NCBI GenBank assembly: GCA_010909165.1
Contig: VJWM01000144.1
Span: 62,001 to 126,000, forward strand
Length of the DNA stretch: 64,000 bases
Source: Anthoceros angustus
Lineage: Eukaryota; Plantae; Anthocerotophyta
Direction of reading: 5' to 3'
The position numbers and the translations under genes were made by a program. The notes beneath the pieces are model-generated. The model made no database searches. It was not told the origin of the DNA and was given only the letters and a program-made list of their open reading frames with translations. This document shows positions 62,601-64,000 of the stretch, piece by piece; the stretch's first letter is position 1, and each line of letters starts with the position of its first letter.

Positions 62601-64000
62601 AAGTCACACTTGTGCAAAGGATTGTTCTCTTCTCAAATCATCCAACTGCAACCGGACCTGTGCTATGAAGCCTGGACATGCTGGAGAGCACAGATGCAAC
62701 ACGAAGCAGCACGTGTGTGCAGAGAAGTGTTCTCTATCGGAGTGTAACAACCTCTGCACTTTCAGTGTTGATTGTGGAGAACACGATGAACATGTTTGTC
62801 ATGAAAGGATGTGTCCCATGACGTGCATCGTGGACGGATGCAACAGGAAGTGCATATTCGAGGACCACTTTCATTCTCTTACCTCTGCTGGGCATTTCTG
62901 GTAACGAACACACTTGCAAGGCGCAGTGTGAGGATGATGGAATATGCGAGATTCTGACAGAGGTGGTGAAGAAGTCCAAGGTTTTGTAGGGAAGCGATCT
63001 TCTTTTGAATACGAGCATGTGTCGGAGCAGGATGGGATCAGGAAAGGTTGCTGTATCCTGATTCCACCCTGGGAGGCTAAACACGAGGGCCGGCACTGCC
63101 ACACTGTCAACCCCAATGCAGTACACTTTTGCACCACAAGATGTCCTGCTTGTGCATACTTCTGCAATCTTCCCATTGGGCATCTGGGCTTACATGACAC
63201 CACACACGGAAACATGAGAGACGTCAATTTCGTGGCAGAGTCAGAGGACATCGACCTTGTGGACAGGAAATATGCTTGGGGAGAATCCGGTGTGGCCGAG
63301 ATGTGCGTTGTACATTGTAAAACCCAGCGGCACATCCACTTGGTCAGGTCTGGTGCCCATGGTGGAAGCAAGGAGGGCAAGGCATCAGACTGGACGGCAT
63401 GGGCCTGAGACGACTGTCCCCAAAGATGAAATGAGCCACACAGCTTACTGGAGGCACTTGAGGTTCAAGGATCCCTGCGCGGGACCAGAGGCAGGTCGAG
63501 ATGTGTCGCTCGGAAGATCATGCATCTGCAACCGCGGCATCGCGACAGCGATCCTACTGCACTGAGAAGTTGTGGCACAAACCTGTCAGGAGTACAGGAT
63601 CTACAACTATGGAAGGGTATGCGACGGAGAACGGCCATGCCGTGGCTGCAACAAGATGAAAATGCTCCATGCCACCTAGTGTTCGTCATCGACAGGTCCT
63701 ACTCTATGGGCTCTAGATGTGAAGCCAACACTGGCAAGATTTGCAGCCCTCAACAACCGGCTGGGCTGCGTGTACGAAGCCGTCACCCGATTCATCCGGA
63801 CTCGGATTGCAGATGGTCAGCTAGATGTGGTATCCATAGTCCTCTTCCGCCAGCCAAGCCATCATCGCCGTGGAGAGACAGCCCATTTCTGAGAACCTTC
63901 TAGATGGTCTCCCGCAACACTCCAAGATCCGTGGAGGCGCCATCTACTCATGCGGCCTGGATCTGGTACAGCAGATTCTACAGCGAGCTTCTGCGGATGC
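56641..64000 (+). pseudogene. Second tandem copy of the giant GTPase-ZnF-VWA gene; frameshifted as given and truncated by the window end
   Basis: Collinear with 47260-54030; same intron position (61472-61557); GKQSSGKS/GRCTDGVW/LDFEGLG. In-frame stop at 58299, internal duplications and many 1-3 bp indels (real decay or consensus error). Confidence 0.85.

Overview
Eukaryotic, gene-dense land-plant nuclear DNA: GC-rich genes with short (~80-140 bp) GT-AG introns, separated by AT-rich TE-derived blocks. The compact style suggests a seed-free plant such as a hornwort or lycophyte (inference only). Recognisable genes, in order: a HARE-HTH protein; a disrupted bulb-lectin/EGF/PAN gene; an SCL32/SHR-clade GRAS factor; RRP36 and mitochondrial mL40 (head-to-head); intronless CSN6 and BUD32 (head-to-head across a perfect 38-bp palindrome); an MLKL/RPW8-like 4-helix-bundle + U-box + TPR-like gene; an NRP1-like gene; a long coiled-coil gene; a KUP/HAK K+ transporter; a PLAC8/PCR gene; and a PPR pseudogene. 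The last 17 kb hold two tandem copies of a giant (~2300 aa) gene: uncharacterised N-terminus, beta-propeller-like region, GB1/RHD3-superfamily (VLIG-like) GTPase, Cys/His zinc-finger array and C-terminal VWA. This is the best candidate for an undescribed, possibly immunity-related system. Copy 2 is disrupted, mosaic and runs off the window end. Mobile elements include ORF1-only LINE-like copies sharing a stem-loop/(TTC)n tail, a pogo-type insertion with TA TSD, a Helitron 3' end, and CACTA/PIF-like remnants. All family calls are from motif recognition by eye; no searches were run.
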